A stretch of 64,000 bases of DNA from assembly GCA_002189035.1 (NCBI GenBank), contig NEEC01000018.1, forward strand, positions 1,674,001 to 1,738,000, read 5' to 3'. The DNA is from Utricularia gibba (Eukaryota; Plantae; Magnoliophyta). The position numbers were made by a program, and so were the translations under genes. Positions within the stretch are counted from its first letter, which is position 1. Every line of letters starts with the position of its first letter. Under the pieces are notes generated by a model. It ran no database searches, was not told where the DNA came from, and saw nothing but the letters and a program-made list of their open reading frames with translations. This document shows positions 62,397 through 64,000 of the stretch, one piece after another.

Positions 62397-64000
62397 ATGG
62401 ACTGGCCATATTATAACCACAACCTAAAAGGTATGCTGTATATTGAACTTTTTTGTTGCTGATTGTAATTCTGTGATGCTGAAAATCTTGTATGCTTCTG
62501 GTTTTTTTTTTTTTTTTTTTTGGTTTGGAGCGAAACTGGAGATTTTGCTGGAATTCTTAATCTTGCATGGAAATTGGATCATGTTTTCCGTTGCTTTGCA
62601 GTGGACATGGATCCTACTTCTAGCACAGTATTGAATTCAGCAATATTGTCACAAATTGATTCTGTGGATATCGCATTGGGCTCTATGGAAAAGGCGAATA
62701 TGTCTTTGACAACCAAACCAAGGAAAAAGACCATGACTTCAGTATATCTCAAATATTTTGAAACAGCACCGGATGGGAAATCCAGGAGATGCAAATTTTG
62801 TGGACAAAGCTATTCAATTGCGACAGCAACTGGTTTTTCCCTCTACTCTTCTTCTCAGCTGAAGATCTATATATCCTATTGTTTGTCACCTATTTCTTTT
62901 TCTGTGCTCTCTTCATTGCTGCAGGCAACTTAGGTCGCCACCTCAGCAATCGGCATCCTGGGTATGAAAAGTTAGGAGATTCTTCCAATCCTCCTACATC
63001 ACAGTCTAGTACCATAGCCAAAAAATCACAGAGTCATACTGAATCGCCTACGATGGAGCTTGAACACTTGAACTGGATAGTCATTAAGTGGCTCCTTGTA
63101 ACTTCTCTTCCCTCGTCTACTTTGGCAAATAACTGGCTTGTAAACACATTTAAGTTTCTCAATCCATCGATTGAGTTGTGGAGTGGGAAAAAGTTCCACA
63201 CCGTGCTTCATGAAATCTTCAGAAGCATGCAGGAGACGGTTAGGTTAATTGTGGAGCAGGTTTCTTCAAAGGTCTCTGTCACACTTGATTTTTGGACTTC
63301 CTATGAACAGATACTGTACATGAGCATCACTTGCCAATGGATCGATGATAACTGGTCCTTCCAAAAAGTTCTTCTTGATATCTGTCACATTCCCACCCCT
63401 TGTGGGGAGTCTGAAATCTATTATGTTTTGCTGAAAGTCCTTAGGATCTATGCTTTGGAGACGAAGATCCTTTCCTGTACTCATGATAGTAGTCCAAATG
63501 CCTTGCATGCATGTCATACACTGAAGGGTGATATGGATAGTCAGAAATCAGCTTTTTGGTATATACCATGTGCTGCTCATGCTTTAAATTCTATACTGAA
63601 CGATGGGTTGCGAACTACCAAATCACTCATTTTGAAGATCAGAGAGTTTGTTTTGGAGCTGAATGCATCAATGGAAATCTCAGGAGACTTTCTGCAACTC
63701 ACCTCAGCATTCCAAGAAGGAAATTGGAAATTCCCTCTTGATACATCACCTAGGTGGAGTGGAAGCTTCCAGATGCTGGACATCGCTTGTAAGGTAGAAC
63801 TCCCATACCTGGTATAGAAACCATGAAAAAAATTCATCATCAAACTTCTGACGTCATGTTTCTTTCCAGGCTGGTAGATCCATGGAAACTATTATTCGGA
63901 AGCATGAGGAAGTACTTGGTAGTCATCTGCTTCTAAACTCCACAGAGAAAAGTGCTGTCAATATCATGCACAAGTATCTTGAGCCCTTCTATAAGGCCAT
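62397..64000 (+). CDS. Domesticated hAT transposase-like protein with BED zinc finger (At1g18560-like, SLEEPER-type); 3' end beyond the window
   Basis: Exons 62397-62430, 62602-62832, 62925-63793, 63870->64000. BED finger CKFCGQSYSIATATGNLGRHLSNRH. hAT core SVTLDFWTS..CQWIDDNW, CTHDSS, CAAHALN and RW. No TIRs seen. Shares a promoter with DR1. Confidence 0.88.

Noticed and set aside
4628-63843. Numerous antisense or overlapping ORFs in the ORF track (e.g. 4628-5185-, 36709-37185-, 39612-39908-, 41697-42116+, 43458-43955+)
   Set aside because: They are shadows of real exons or read-through into introns, with no independent domain signal.
1-64000. CRISPR arrays, rRNA, tRNA, autonomous transposons
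   Set aside because: No repeat-spacer arrays, rRNA or tRNA signatures, or gag-pol/TIR-bounded transposase were seen. The only transposase-like gene has host-gene features.

Overview
Plant (eudicot) nuclear genomic DNA, gene-dense with short introns and AT-rich spacers; the taxon cannot be fixed from sequence alone. I see no rRNA, tRNA or CRISPR array. About 17 recognisable spliced protein-coding genes, in order: NPF2.x transporter, DUF627/DUF629-USP deubiquitinase, transportin-SR MOS14, FAM135/DUF676 lipase-like, At1g19010-like protein, NOT4-type RING, B12D, plastid PDH E1-alpha, eIF3c, CASPL4A, type II ROP, AUG4, SUB1-like O-fucosyltransferase, MUSE1/2-like RING, ClpS1, Dr1/NC2-beta and a domesticated BED-hAT transposase gene (truncated by the window end). 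Features absent from, or only fragmentarily hinted at in, the ORF track: a MIR159 hairpin with an unusually short upper stem, a decayed intron-containing TFB4 (TFIIH p34) pseudogene, a Tourist-like MITE, two GC-AG introns, and candidate small spliced or orphan ORFs at 380-832, 11911-12231 and about 47400-47700. The ROP has a Cys-to-Tyr change in its GC-CG box. eIF3c and the SUB1-like gene carry single-base G-run deletions that are most likely assembly errors. Exon boundaries were read by eye, and homology calls come from recalled family motifs, not database searches. I found no clearly new multi-gene system. The best leads are the compact MIR159, the 4-exon sORF opposite NPF2, and the ROP lipidation-motif variant.
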